Counted from the first letter of the stretch, positions 10,387 to 20,028 are shown. The stretch is 64,000 bases of DNA from an uncultured Desulfovibrionaceae bacterium (GCA_964368075.1 CAYJAD010000005.1:2755-66754), one strand, 5' to 3'. Made by a program: numbers and translations. The notes: a model not told the origin generated them from the sequence alone.

Positions 10387-10698
10387 AGTTTTCCTTTTGC
10401 TGTGCGTAGATTTTTTTGCCTGTTTGGACCATATGAACTTTGCTTAGCAAGCTTTATATAAGAAAAGTTTTACAATTATACCAGAAAAAAATTTAATTGC
10501 TGCCAATGTGCTAAAAGTAAACCATTTTTTCGGAAGATTTTTTGTAAGCTTTTCTTTCCATTTATAAAAGTTTTCCGTGATTTATGTGTTTTTTTAATGT
10601 ATATCAAAAGTTAAAATTTATTCATACAGAAAATACTTGCATTATTTTAAATAAAGTTTATTTTATACAAATAAATCTATTTTTAGAAAGGAGTTTTC

Positions 10699-11226
10699 AT
10701 GGCATATTCTTCATCAAGATTAAAGATATACCCTCAAATAAAAAGTTCCACTAACCATGTGCGAGCTGCACAAGTGAAAGAAAGCATTTCTTCTAGCTCC
10801 TTTCAAAAAGACCAATGCGCGTATCGAGAAAAATTACCGGATACAGCACAACTCTTGTATGATGTATTAAAAGATGCACAAGTACTGCAAAACCTCTTGC
10901 AGCATTTTGGGGGGCATACATTGCGCATACCCGCGCGCTGGCCACCACATGGAGAAACACAAAATACCACAAAACACCCTTTGCGGCAGGTGCTTAGCCC
11001 TGAGCATATGCAAAGCTTGGTGCGCCATTTTAGCGGCACAGAGCTCTATATACCTAAATGTAATAAGTATCTTTGTCAGGTTCGCAATGTGGCCATTGTG
11101 TCTTCATTTAGCGCCGCCACACGTCAGGGCATAAGTTCAGGACAAGCGGTACAAGAGCTGGCAAGGCGCTATCAACTTTCAGATCGTCGCATTTGGGGTA
11201 TTTTAAAAAGTACAGAATGTGAGTGA
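10699..11226 (+). CDS. Mor-family (Mu middle operon regulator-like) transcription activator
   Basis: RHFSGTELYIPKCNKYLCQVRNVAIVSSF...ELARRYQLSDRRIWGILK parallels the Mu Mor stretch HLGGGQVYIPRG...RD..I...F.G....L...YG.....Y..I. Confidence 0.65.
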   Translation: MAYSSSRLKIYPQIKSSTNHVRAAQVKESISSSSFQKDQCAYREKLPDTAQLLYDVLKDAQVLQNLLQHFGGHTLRIPARWPPHGETQNTTKHPLRQVLSPEHMQSLVRHFSGTELYIPKCNKYLCQVRNVAIVSSFSAATRQGISSGQAVQELARRYQLSDRRIWGILKSTECE

Positions 11227-11325
11227 AAAAATGCTAAAATATTAATAAACGAAAAAATGCTGAATGGGAGTTTGTACAAGTAAATACACCTATAGAGTAT
11301 AATTCTTGTGGCAGTGATTAAAATT

Positions 11326-13323
11326 TCACTGTGCTTGTTTCAAAGGTATGAGCACAGGTTTTTTAGCACTTTCGTAAATTTTACCTGCTAAGCTATAGTG
11401 TAAATTTGTTTTTTCATTCCATAGAAAAATATATTCTACCTGTTTACTTTGAGCTTGGGCTAAAAGGGCATCCAGATTTATTATGCCATCTTTAGAAGTG
11501 GGTATTTGCCATGGTAAGGTCAAATCTGTGCGTCTTTCTTTAAGTATAAAGAAACGGGCAATGCCCAATGTCTCGTTCTTTTTTTGTTGTGAAATAAACC
11601 AAATTCGCGCCCCTTTAGGGGTATGGTTTTCTAAATATGTTGTGGCTCTTTCCATGGTTAATCTTTTTTCTGGTAAAGGTATATGACGTGGTGCAATCCA
11701 TGGAGTAAATCCACAAATAAGCATTAAACCTATGGGGAAAAATAATAGGGAAAGGTAGTAAATACATTTATTTTTTACATAGGCAGTACCTACTCGCATA
11801 TGGTACACCATGGTCATATGAACTAGTAGGGGAGCTAGAAGTACGCTCATATATCTGGCATAAGAGGCTACTCTGGCAATTTCTGCAGGCGTATGAAAAT
11901 GCAAGGCAATAATAAAGCGCAAGAAAAACCACAAAGCTAAACTTAAAGATAAAAATGAAAAGACATGCATATCCTTTCTCTTGTATCGAACCCCAAAGAA
12001 AAAATAGCCTAATGCCATGAGGAAAAACATATACACGTATAATGGTAATAATGTAAAAAATATGGTCATGTAGTGTGCAGGAATATAGGGCGAGTGCAAA
12101 AGTGGCAATTCTGCCAATCCCCAAAACCAAATGCGCAAATGCTCCCAAGGCATCCCTTTCCAGTTGTCTACTATAGAAGCGGAATTGGTAATATCTCCTA
12201 AGGAAATTTTCGTTTGTGAGCTTTTTTGTGCATTTTCTGGAGCTGAAGGTTCTTGAACTGGGCTTGATTTTGGCGTGAAATCTTTTACACTAGGGGATGG
12301 CTTTGCAGGTACTTGTAGTTGTGCATATTGTGTATTGGCACGGTGCACCTGTAGAGTCCAGTGCACTTTAAAGGCAACAACAGATATAAATAAAAGAGCG
12401 CATATACCCACCGAAACGCCAAAATCTTTAAAGGCAGATATTTCTTGTTTTCTTTCCTTCCAAAAAGCGCACAGTGCCAATAAAAAATATAGTGAAATAA
12501 TGCAAAGCGCAAAAAGGTGCGACGTGGCTTTAGTCATGGTTAAGATAAGCACCGTGCTCAGCAAGGCAAAAAACTGCAGGTACGAGCGAGACATAAAGCA
12601 GATCAAACAAATACCTAAAGAAAGTAATGCGGCTTGGTAGTTTTCTACATAGCCCATGGTGTACACGCTATTATCAAGGTTGGTGCCTATAACACGCACC
12701 AAAATGAGCGCAAAAATGCCGACTGCTAAAGCATGGAATAGAGGCATGTGTTTATGGCAAAAATGTGCTACGAGGCAAAATAAAGCCAAAAGAACAGTAA
12801 GGCAGGCTACGCCAGCACTACTTTCTTGATAAAATAGCTCTTTTCCAGGAATTGTAGAGAAGAAACTTTGTAGCAGCATCATGAAAGGGGGATGTACCTT
12901 GGGGACAAGGCTTTCCATGACGGGGGATATGCCTTGAAGCAAAGCCCCAGATTGAAAAAGGTCACGTGTTAATGCAGCCCAATAAAACTCATCATGATAG
13001 CGAAATTTGGCGCCATAATAGTACCAAGTGATAAAGCATTGCAAGGCTGCGTGGCTGGCACTTAAAATAAGAGTGGAGCAAGGTGGTTTTTTACGTATAA
13101 AGAAAAAAAGAGCAGGGAGTAAAGATATAAGCCCCGCGTACAGGCTTGTTTGTAAAAAAACATGCAAATGAGCAAAAGAAGCAGCCATATATCCGCCAAA
13201 GCCCAAAAAAGAAAGAACAAAAAGCGGAGCAAAAGCATAAGGAATACGCCAAAGTACAGCTGTGCTTATACATAAGCCAAGAAAACTTGCTGTAGTCAAA
13301 AGTGTGTATTCCATAAAAGCCAT
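11326..13323 (-). CDS. Large polytopic membrane protein (possible GT-C-type glycosyltransferase)
   Basis: 665 aa with at least 14 hydrophobic segments. A central Pro/Ser-rich linker and a C-terminal soluble domain are present. No catalytic motif was recognised. Confidence 0.5.
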   Translation of the reverse strand: MAFMEYTLLTTASFLGLCISTAVLWRIPYAFAPLFVLSFLGFGGYMAASFAHLHVFLQTSLYAGLISLLPALFFFIRKKPPCSTLILSASHAALQCFITWYYYGAKFRYHDEFYWAALTRDLFQSGALLQGISPVMESLVPKVHPPFMMLLQSFFSTIPGKELFYQESSAGVACLTVLLALFCLVAHFCHKHMPLFHALAVGIFALILVRVIGTNLDNSVYTMGYVENYQAALLSLGICLICFMSRSYLQFFALLSTVLILTMTKATSHLFALCIISLYFLLALCAFWKERKQEISAFKDFGVSVGICALLFISVVAFKVHWTLQVHRANTQYAQLQVPAKPSPSVKDFTPKSSPVQEPSAPENAQKSSQTKISLGDITNSASIVDNWKGMPWEHLRIWFWGLAELPLLHSPYIPAHYMTIFFTLLPLYVYMFFLMALGYFFFGVRYKRKDMHVFSFLSLSLALWFFLRFIIALHFHTPAEIARVASYARYMSVLLAPLLVHMTMVYHMRVGTAYVKNKCIYYLSLLFFPIGLMLICGFTPWIAPRHIPLPEKRLTMERATTYLENHTPKGARIWFISQQKKNETLGIARFFILKERRTDLTLPWQIPTSKDGIINLDALLAQAQSKQVEYIFLWNEKTNLHYSLAGKIYESAKKPVLIPLKQAQ

Positions 13324-13397
13324 AAATAGAAAAAGTGTTTAAAAAAATAAGGCGTATTTGATGCCTGACTTGTTTAACCGAAAATGCTGTGCTTAAC

Positions 13398-13437
13398 AAT
13401 ATACCAAGGGGTGATGTGCCCCTTGGTATATTTTTTA
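13398..13437. terminator. 14-bp perfect hairpin downstream of tyrS
   Basis: aatataccaagggg / ccccttggtatatt with a 7-nt loop. The T-run is on the + strand side and the A-run is on the - strand side. Confidence 0.55.
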
Positions 13438-13445
13438 TGAAGTAA

Positions 13446-14648
13446 CTATTTTACCGTTAAGCGTAAAAAGCGCTTTTTGCCAAGGCGAATAATATACGCT
13501 CCAGCTTTTAGCGGTGTTTGTGCATCAGTGCAGCGTACATCGTCGATGGAAAGGGCGTTTTCTTTAATAAGGCGACGAGCTTCCCCGCGAGATTTTACAA
13601 GGCCGGCCGCTTCTAAAAATAAAGGTGGGGTGCTTTCTTCACCTTCATTGCATTCGTATGTGGGGGCATCATCAGGTACACCGCCGCCGGCAAAGACAGC
13701 GTTGAAGCCTTGACGTGCTTCTTTGGCAGCATTTTCACTGTGATACCGTGTAACCATTTCTTGTGCTAAATTTTCTTTAGCTACTTTAGGATGTAAGGAA
13801 CCATCATTAACTTGTGCTTGCAACTTAGCAATATCTTCAAGACTTTGTGAAGAAAGAAGTTCGTAGTATGTCCACATAAGTTCGTCAGAAATAGACATAA
13901 CTTTACCAAAAATATCACTGGGGCTTTCGTCAATGCCAATATAGTTGCCGTAAGACTTGCTCATTTTACGCACGCCATCGGTTCCCACAAGCAAGGGCAA
14001 AGTAATAATGCATTGGCTTTCCATGCCGTACTGACTTTGTAAATGACGCCCCACCAATAAGTTAAACTTTTGGTCAGTGCCGCCCATTTCCACATCAGCT
14101 TTTAAGGCCACAGAGTCATAACCTTGGCAAAGAGGATAGAGGAATTCATGTATGGCAATGGGGCGTTGCTCTTTGTAGCGATTTTCAAAATCATCTCTTT
14201 CCATCATACGCGCCACAGTATAGCGGGAAGCCAGACGAATAAAATCAGCAGCTCCCATATCTCCTAGCCATTTAGAGTTAAATTCCACCACGGTTTTATC
14301 AGGGTCAAGAATTTTAAATACTTGCTTCTTATAGGTTTCTGCATTGGCGATAACTTGTTCTTTGGTTAAGGGCGGGCGGGTTTCGCTTCTACCGGAAGGG
14401 TCGCCAATGGAACCTGTGAAGTCGCCAATAAGAAAAACAACTCTATGTCCCAGTTCTTGAAAATGGCGCATTTTGTGCATAACCACTGTATGCCCCAAAT
14501 GCAAATCCGGTGCTGTGGGGTCAAAGCCGACTTTGATTGTAAGTGGTTTGCCACGCAGAATTTTTTTGCGTAATTCTTCGGCGTCAATAAGTTCTGCTAT
14601 GCCGCGAGTAATAAGCGCCATTTGTTGTTCAATATCAATTTGAGACAT
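13446..14648 (-). CDS. tyrS: Tyrosyl-tRNA synthetase
   Basis: HLGH (HIGH) and KMSKS motifs, plus a C-terminal S4-like domain. Length is 400 aa. Confidence 0.96.
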   Translation of the reverse strand: MSQIDIEQQMALITRGIAELIDAEELRKKILRGKPLTIKVGFDPTAPDLHLGHTVVMHKMRHFQELGHRVVFLIGDFTGSIGDPSGRSETRPPLTKEQVIANAETYKKQVFKILDPDKTVVEFNSKWLGDMGAADFIRLASRYTVARMMERDDFENRYKEQRPIAIHEFLYPLCQGYDSVALKADVEMGGTDQKFNLLVGRHLQSQYGMESQCIITLPLLVGTDGVRKMSKSYGNYIGIDESPSDIFGKVMSISDELMWTYYELLSSQSLEDIAKLQAQVNDGSLHPKVAKENLAQEMVTRYHSENAAKEARQGFNAVFAGGGVPDDAPTYECNEGEESTPPLFLEAAGLVKSRGEARRLIKENALSIDDVRCTDAQTPLKAGAYIIRLGKKRFLRLTVK

Positions 14649-14820
14649 AAGGAACCTCTATAAAGGGATATATTGTATTTTTAAAAACGTGCATGTGCAC
14701 AAGGTCTTAAAAACATGAAAACTATTTCGTAGTAATGCACTTTAAATTAACAGGGGCATACTGCCAAATTAGTATACAGCTGTCAACTTTTTCAAAGAGA
14801 TGCTCACTTTGACTGAGATT

Positions 14821-14842
14821 CCTGCACAATGCATTGTGCAGG
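14821..14842. repeat. Perfect 22-bp palindrome cctgcacaatg/cattgtgcagg
   Basis: Read directly from the sequence. Its half-site matches the terminal inverted repeats of the 27745/48651 element. Confidence 0.9.
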
Positions 14843-14859
14843 AGTCTTGTGCTATTTAT

Positions 14860-14892
14860 GGCGCGAGTAAAAGTGCCCTTTTCCCCTTCAAG
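14860..14892 (+). repeat. REP-like element, partial copy (right half)
   Basis: ggcgcgagtaaaagtgcccttttccccttcaag can be compared with ggcgctagcaaaagtgccccttcccccc at 22178-22205. Confidence 0.6.
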
Positions 14893-14912
14893 AAGTTAAT
14901 TAAAAGCTCAGT

Positions 14913-16430
14913 TTAGCGTATGGATACTGTGTAATGATCAAAGGCCGGGTAACGTTTCCATACATGGTCAAGAACGGTCATGCCGGCAGCCCAGCGCATA
15001 TCGTAAAGGTCTAATTCTCGGAGTAAAAATGCAAAATCAAAAGCCGTTCGGCAGCACCCGCTTATGTAATTACTTCCCACAAGGCATTGCTTTTTTTCTC
15101 GAATAAGTGCTGTAATCCATGAAAGCCCTGTTTCAATGGGGCAGGAAAGCATGGGTTGTGGCGGGCTGTCACACATTTTTTCATGTTGGCGTAAATAAAA
15201 ATAGCTACGTGCTGTATCTTTGTAGTGCAGGGCAGCACCGCCGCAAGCTACGACCAATACTTTTTTATGCTCTAAGAGTTCTTTTGTTATTTTTGAGTTG
15301 TTTTGCAATAAATCATGGTCAGCTTCTGAAAAAAGAGCGTATATTTTTTCTTTTCCTCGCGCACAATGCGGATTTTTAGCTTCATTTTTGAGAGTGAGAA
15401 AGATTTTTTGTACAAGGGCAAGGCTTGGTATGGTATAAGAAGAAAAAAGATTTTCTGGGCTCTGTTCTGTTTGTTGAATATTTGCTATGCCATTGAAAAA
15501 GCGTGCTAAAAAAAATGAAAAATGGAGCATGTCTTGCGCATGCTTTGGCTCGCATCGAGAGAAGGAAGACTTAGCAAAAAAGGTGCTGCATAGTTGTTGC
15601 GCTTTATGCTCTGCTAGATGTTCTTTTTGCACCCTTTCCCAAGCGGCGCGGCCAATGCTTTCGCAAAACTTTGGTTCGCGCAGGCAATGGTCTATAATTT
15701 GCGCTAATTCTTGTAAATCTTTGTAGATAAGAATTTCTTTTTCAGGGGTAAATAGACAATTTTGGTCTTCTCCCACATCGGAGCTGATGACACAGGCGCC
15801 CACACTGGCGCCTTCCATGAGGCGGAAATTTACTTCATTGGCTATGGATTCATTGGGAAGAATGCGCGTGTTGGCATAGAGTTGCATCATTTCGCTATGA
15901 GAAATGTTATTTATATTGGCTTTGTCATAACGCTCTTTAAGCATTTGGCAAAGAAGCTCTCTTTGGGGTCTTGTTCCACTCAGTCTACCAACAAAATTTA
16001 TATCATGCCTACGTTGTGCATGGTTTAGCCATGGATTTTTATCACTTTTTTTGCTTAGTCTGTGTGTGCTAGGGTGTTGCCAAGAAGGGGGAAGGTGCTC
16101 TAAAAAACTTTTATGAGGGGTGAAAAAAATATCATACAGTCGGGCATAGTACATTTGCCATCCATAATGCAAATGCGTGTCTATGCTCCAAAATGCAGTA
16201 CGACAAGGGAGGGAGTGTACATCCATAAAGAAGATTTTTATGGCTAAGGTTTCAGTATGAAAAAAAATATCTGCTTGCACTCCGGCAGGCATGTTTTTTT
16301 GCATAAGATCTTTGGCAGAGTACATACCGGCATGGCGCAACGAAATATTATATACGGTATGCCCTAAATCCTCAAGTTCTTGGGTATAGTGGCTGTTTAC
16401 AGAAAAAATAATGGCCATGGTACTTCTCAT
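14913..16430 (-). CDS. Glycosyltransferase-like protein (CgeB / DUF3880-type central domain) with an uncharacterised C-terminal half
   Basis: The central region NFVGR...MQLYANTRILPNE...NFRLMEGASVGACVISS...ILIYKDLQEL...AWERVQKEH resembles GT1/CgeB-family C-terminal domains. Length is 505 aa. Confidence 0.5.
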   Translation of the reverse strand: MRSTMAIIFSVNSHYTQELEDLGHTVYNISLRHAGMYSAKDLMQKNMPAGVQADIFFHTETLAIKIFFMDVHSLPCRTAFWSIDTHLHYGWQMYYARLYDIFFTPHKSFLEHLPPSWQHPSTHRLSKKSDKNPWLNHAQRRHDINFVGRLSGTRPQRELLCQMLKERYDKANINNISHSEMMQLYANTRILPNESIANEVNFRLMEGASVGACVISSDVGEDQNCLFTPEKEILIYKDLQELAQIIDHCLREPKFCESIGRAAWERVQKEHLAEHKAQQLCSTFFAKSSFSRCEPKHAQDMLHFSFFLARFFNGIANIQQTEQSPENLFSSYTIPSLALVQKIFLTLKNEAKNPHCARGKEKIYALFSEADHDLLQNNSKITKELLEHKKVLVVACGGAALHYKDTARSYFYLRQHEKMCDSPPQPMLSCPIETGLSWITALIREKKQCLVGSNYISGCCRTAFDFAFLLRELDLYDMRWAAGMTVLDHVWKRYPAFDHYTVSIR

Positions 16431-16431
16431 T

Positions 16432-16510
16432 TTAATATGATGTAGGCAATAAGCGCGTTTTGAAGGGGAGGGGAATTTTTTGCGTTGTAAAGACTTCCCC
16501 AGAAAAAGTT
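16432..16510 (+). repeat. REP-like element copy
   Basis: aagcgcgttttgaaggggaggggaattttttgcgttgtaaagacttccccagaaaaagttattga aligns with the copy at 49948-50013. Confidence 0.8.
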
Positions 16511-16662
16511 ATTGATCAACTCTTCTTTAGGTAGCATTAAGCTTAGATTTGAGCAATGGTGTGCTAAGTTGCCTCCTTGCTAAAATACCCCTGATGCAAA
16601 CATTGCGCCCCATGGCTTTTGATGCTATTGTGCACAATTCACAGGTACTATAAGGAAAAATT

Positions 16663-18474
16663 ATGACGCACAATATTGCTTCTTCAACTCATTCTGGCAC
16701 CCATTCCGGCGCGCAACTTTCGGATGAAAATACCGTTTCTTTGCTGCGTGAGCCGGAAGATGCGCTTGCCCCCACAACATTGGCACAATTGCCAATACTC
16801 TTACAAGAAGCATGTGCCCGTGCTCAATGGGCACAACTTATGCCTGTGCAAGAATTAGCTTTGCCATATTTATTGGCGCACCGCGACCTCATGGTGCAAT
16901 CTCGCACGGGAAGTGGTAAAACTGGCACCTATGTATTGCCGCTCTTGCAACATCTTTTGCCGGAAAAAAATGTAGTACAAGCTCTCGTGCTGGTACCCAC
17001 AAGAGAACTTGCCATACAGGTAGAGCGCGAAGCAAAAACGCTTTTTGCCGGTACAGGGCTTGATGTGGCTGCGGTGTATGGCGGTGTAGGCTATGGTAAG
17101 CAAAACTCTGCCTTACGCTCCGGTGCACACTTGGTGGTAGGCACGCCTGGACGCGTGCTGGATCATCTTTTACGGCGCTCGCTGACCTTAGATCATGTGC
17201 GCACTCTTATTTTTGATGAAGCAGATCGCATGCTTTCTATTGGCTTTTATCCGGACATGAAGGAAGTGCAAAGATATTTGCCCCAGAGAAAAGTCAGCAC
17301 ATGTCTTTTTTCTGCGACGTATCCGCCGCATGTCCTTCAATTGGCTGAAGAATTTATGACGAAACCTGCCTTGCTTTCTTTGTCAGAAAAGCAGGTACAT
17401 GTGCCACAAATGCAGCATTTATATTGCTTGTGCAAAGCCATGGATAAAGACCGCGCTTTAATACGTCTTATTGAAACTGAAAATCCTGTTTCTGCCATTA
17501 TTTTTTGTAATACTAAGGCTCAGGTGCACTACGTTACGGAAGTTTTGAAGGGCTTTGGTTATAATGCCGATGAACTTTCTGCCGATTTATCCCAAAGTAA
17601 GCGTGAAAGAGTGCTGTCAAAAATGAGCGAAGGGAAATTACGCTTCTTAGTTGCCACCGATGTTGCCGCCAGAGGTATTGATATTCCGGCTCTTTCTCAT
17701 GTGTTCTTGTATGAGCCGCCTGAAGATCAAGAAATTTATATTCACAGAGCCGGACGTACAGGACGCGCCGGTGCAGCGGGCACGGTAATTTCTTTGGTAG
17801 ATGTGATGCAAAAGTTAGATTTAGAACGCATAGCGCAGCATTACTCCATCAAGCTTTTGCAAAAAGAATTGCCTAATGATGCCGATGTTGCCAAAATAGT
17901 GGGGCAGCGCCTATCAACATTGCTTGAAGCGCGCTATCGTACATTAACAGGGCTTGAGAAAGAAAGAGTAAAGCGCTTCCGTTATGTGGCTAATATTTTT
18001 GCAAAACACGGTGATGACGGCGCTACACTTCCCCCTTGGGAAGAGGTGATTGGAGCCGAGGAAGGCCAAGACCTTTTATTGGCTATGCTTTTAGATGCCT
18101 GTTATCAAGAAAGCTTGGGAATGCCTTTACAAGGGATTTTTACTGCTTTACAGGGACGTTTATCGCAAGAAAATCCCCGTGGGCGTTCTAAGCCTCAAGG
18201 GCAAAGCAGGCCACCACGCACACCAAGATCGGATAGGGCGGCTAAAGCAGATAAATCTGAGGGCGGAGAAAGAAGGGAGAGGCGTGAGGTTTTAGATAGT
18301 GCAGAGAAAGCCAGTAGCAGATCTTCTTCGCGCCATGGGAAAAACGATGAAATACCGCAAGATGCGCATAAAGCAGGTCGTAGCCGTGCAGGGAAAAGCC
18401 AAAATCGCGATGAAATAGCGCGTCCACGGCGTAGAAAAGGAAGAAAAAAAAGCGGAGATAAAGGCCATGAGTGA
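16663..18474 (+). CDS. DEAD-box ATP-dependent RNA helicase with a basic C-terminal tail
   Basis: GSGKT (Walker A), FDEADRM (DEAD box), SAT and HRAGRTGRAG motifs. The last ~100 aa are Arg/Lys/Ser-rich. Confidence 0.92.
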   Translation: MTHNIASSTHSGTHSGAQLSDENTVSLLREPEDALAPTTLAQLPILLQEACARAQWAQLMPVQELALPYLLAHRDLMVQSRTGSGKTGTYVLPLLQHLLPEKNVVQALVLVPTRELAIQVEREAKTLFAGTGLDVAAVYGGVGYGKQNSALRSGAHLVVGTPGRVLDHLLRRSLTLDHVRTLIFDEADRMLSIGFYPDMKEVQRYLPQRKVSTCLFSATYPPHVLQLAEEFMTKPALLSLSEKQVHVPQMQHLYCLCKAMDKDRALIRLIETENPVSAIIFCNTKAQVHYVTEVLKGFGYNADELSADLSQSKRERVLSKMSEGKLRFLVATDVAARGIDIPALSHVFLYEPPEDQEIYIHRAGRTGRAGAAGTVISLVDVMQKLDLERIAQHYSIKLLQKELPNDADVAKIVGQRLSTLLEARYRTLTGLEKERVKRFRYVANIFAKHGDDGATLPPWEEVIGAEEGQDLLLAMLLDACYQESLGMPLQGIFTALQGRLSQENPRGRSKPQGQSRPPRTPRSDRAAKADKSEGGERRERREVLDSAEKASSRSSSRHGKNDEIPQDAHKAGRSRAGKSQNRDEIARPRRRKGRKKSGDKGHE

Positions 18475-19030
18475 TACCGTAGAAAGTTACGAAAAAGCCT
18501 TTATAGAAGAGACCCTAGCTGAAGAGGCACAGCGTTTACGCTGTGCAGACCATGTTGGGGCAGTTACTTCTGTGCCAGGGCTTGATGACAGCATTTGTGC
18601 TGAAGTGGCGGCTAATTTTAAAGCTTTGCTTGATGACGTGGATTTCTCCGCAGATTTACAAGTATTTAATATTGGATTTTTCAACCGTACTTTGCGCCGT
18701 ACTTTATTGCATGAACTGCATATGGTTTATATTGGGCTTTGGGCTATGGCTTTAGAGCAATCTTTTCCGCAAACAGCTAAAAGTTTTTTCCTCTATTTTG
18801 TAGAGGAATATATAAGCCCTTTAAAGGGAGCCAAGAAAAAGCAAACCCAAGAGCAAATTTTTGCTTATCGAGATATGATTTTGCGAGCTGATGCCAAAGA
18901 TTTTAGTCATATTAGTCAGCATTTGCTTTCCTTTACCAAGCAAAACCTCGATACACAAAAGGCTGATACTTTGCGTCTTTCCTTGGCTTTGCGTAATCAC
19001 TATACCTTTATTTTTCAACGTCTTGTGTAA
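18467..19030 (+). CDS. Hypothetical protein
   Basis: It overlaps the helicase stop by 8 nt and ends 4 nt before ribF. No family was recognised. Confidence 0.5.
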   Translation: MSDTVESYEKAFIEETLAEEAQRLRCADHVGAVTSVPGLDDSICAEVAANFKALLDDVDFSADLQVFNIGFFNRTLRRTLLHELHMVYIGLWAMALEQSFPQTAKSFFLYFVEEYISPLKGAKKKQTQEQIFAYRDMILRADAKDFSHISQHLLSFTKQNLDTQKADTLRLSLALRNHYTFIFQRLV

Positions 19031-19034
19031 CTTT

Positions 19035-20018
19035 ATGCATAGATTAACTTCTGCTTCAGAATTTCAAAACTTTTTCCAAGCTCAAAAAAAGTTGCATGGA
19101 TACAAAGGAACTTGTGTCACCATAGGCAATTTTGACGGCGTGCATGTGGGGCATCAAGCTCTTTTGCATCGTACAGTGGAAAAGGCAGCTCAACGTAAAT
19201 TGCTTTCAGTGGTATTAACTTTTTGGCCACATCCTTTAGCCGTATTGGCTGGTGGTACTCGCGCGCCTTCCCTGTTGTTGGGGCAAGATGAAAGATATAC
19301 CTTTTTTATTATCAATGGCATAGATCTTGTGCTTGAAATGCCCTTTACTTTAGATTTGGCTGCATTAAGCCCCGAAGAATTTATTCAACACGTGCTTTTA
19401 CCCTTAGAGTGCCGTGAATTGGTTATTGGCTACGACTTTTCTTTGGGCAAAGGACGTGCCGGCAATTATGATGTCTTACAAACGTTGGGAAAAGAATATG
19501 ATTTTTCTGTGGAGCAGCTTTCCCCGGTTATTGTTAATGGTGCCGTGGTCAGCTCTACACGTATTCGTAATCTTGTGCGGCAAGGCGAAGCGTGGGATAT
19601 TCACCCCCTGCTTGGGCGCTATTATCATTTAGACGGCCCCATAATACACGGTTTTGGGCGTGGTGAAGGGCTTGGTTTTCCCACAGCCAACTTACAAGTG
19701 GGGGCTACTTTAGTACCTAAAACAGGTGTTTATGCCACGTGGCTCACGGTGCATGATGATTATTTAGAAGATTCTGGCATTACCTACCCTGCGGTAACCA
19801 ATGTGGGGTATGTGCCTACTTTTGGCAATGATGTTTTATCTGTAGAAAGCTTTATTTTGCAGGGTAATCCTCAATTATATGACGTGCAAATACGTCTTTC
19901 CTTTGTACAGTCCATTCGAGAAGAGCGCCAATTTGCCAATATTGGTGAACTGCAAGCGCGCATTGCTAAAGATGTGGACTTGGCTAAAGAAATTCTTACC
20001 TTGGCACAGCCGTCATAG
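19035..20018 (+). CDS. ribF: Bifunctional riboflavin kinase / FAD synthetase
   Basis: GNFDGVHVGHQ and GFPTANL motifs. The start was moved to the ATG at 19035, because the ORF-track start at 18891 would overlap the previous gene by 140 nt. Confidence 0.92.
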   Translation: MHRLTSASEFQNFFQAQKKLHGYKGTCVTIGNFDGVHVGHQALLHRTVEKAAQRKLLSVVLTFWPHPLAVLAGGTRAPSLLLGQDERYTFFIINGIDLVLEMPFTLDLAALSPEEFIQHVLLPLECRELVIGYDFSLGKGRAGNYDVLQTLGKEYDFSVEQLSPVIVNGAVVSSTRIRNLVRQGEAWDIHPLLGRYYHLDGPIIHGFGRGEGLGFPTANLQVGATLVPKTGVYATWLTVHDDYLEDSGITYPAVTNVGYVPTFGNDVLSVESFILQGNPQLYDVQIRLSFVQSIREERQFANIGELQARIAKDVDLAKEILTLAQPS

Positions 20019-20028
20019 TGGGGCTTTT

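Larger units (their letters stand above)
6759..11226. mobile_element. Degraded prophage or phage-derived island (lysis-like, terminase, repressor and Mor-like genes; no integrase or virion genes)
   Basis: Six adjacent phage-type genes sit between housekeeping blocks. The repressor/Mor intergenic region is extremely AT-rich. No flanking tRNA or att repeat was identified, so the boundaries are approximate. Confidence 0.6.

Noticed and set aside
5851-11325. att sites or a tRNA marking the island boundaries.
   Set aside because: There is no tRNA gene. The only flanking direct repeat I saw (gaaaaaatgct at about 11226 and 11253) is local and AT-rich. The boundaries therefore remain undefined.
14649-14912. 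T-box leader upstream of tyrS.
   Set aside because: No T-box consensus (AATTAGGGTGGTACCGCG-like) or specifier/antiterminator architecture is visible on the minus strand.
18891-19034. Long N-terminal extensions offered by the ORF track for ribF (18891), the 20029 gene (19879), rpsF (52973), dnaB (51500), NYN (48650), acpP (2966) and the GH108-like gene (6759).
   Set aside because: The extensions overlap upstream genes or lack an RBS. Internal ATGs with a GGAG-type RBS reproduce the canonical N-termini.
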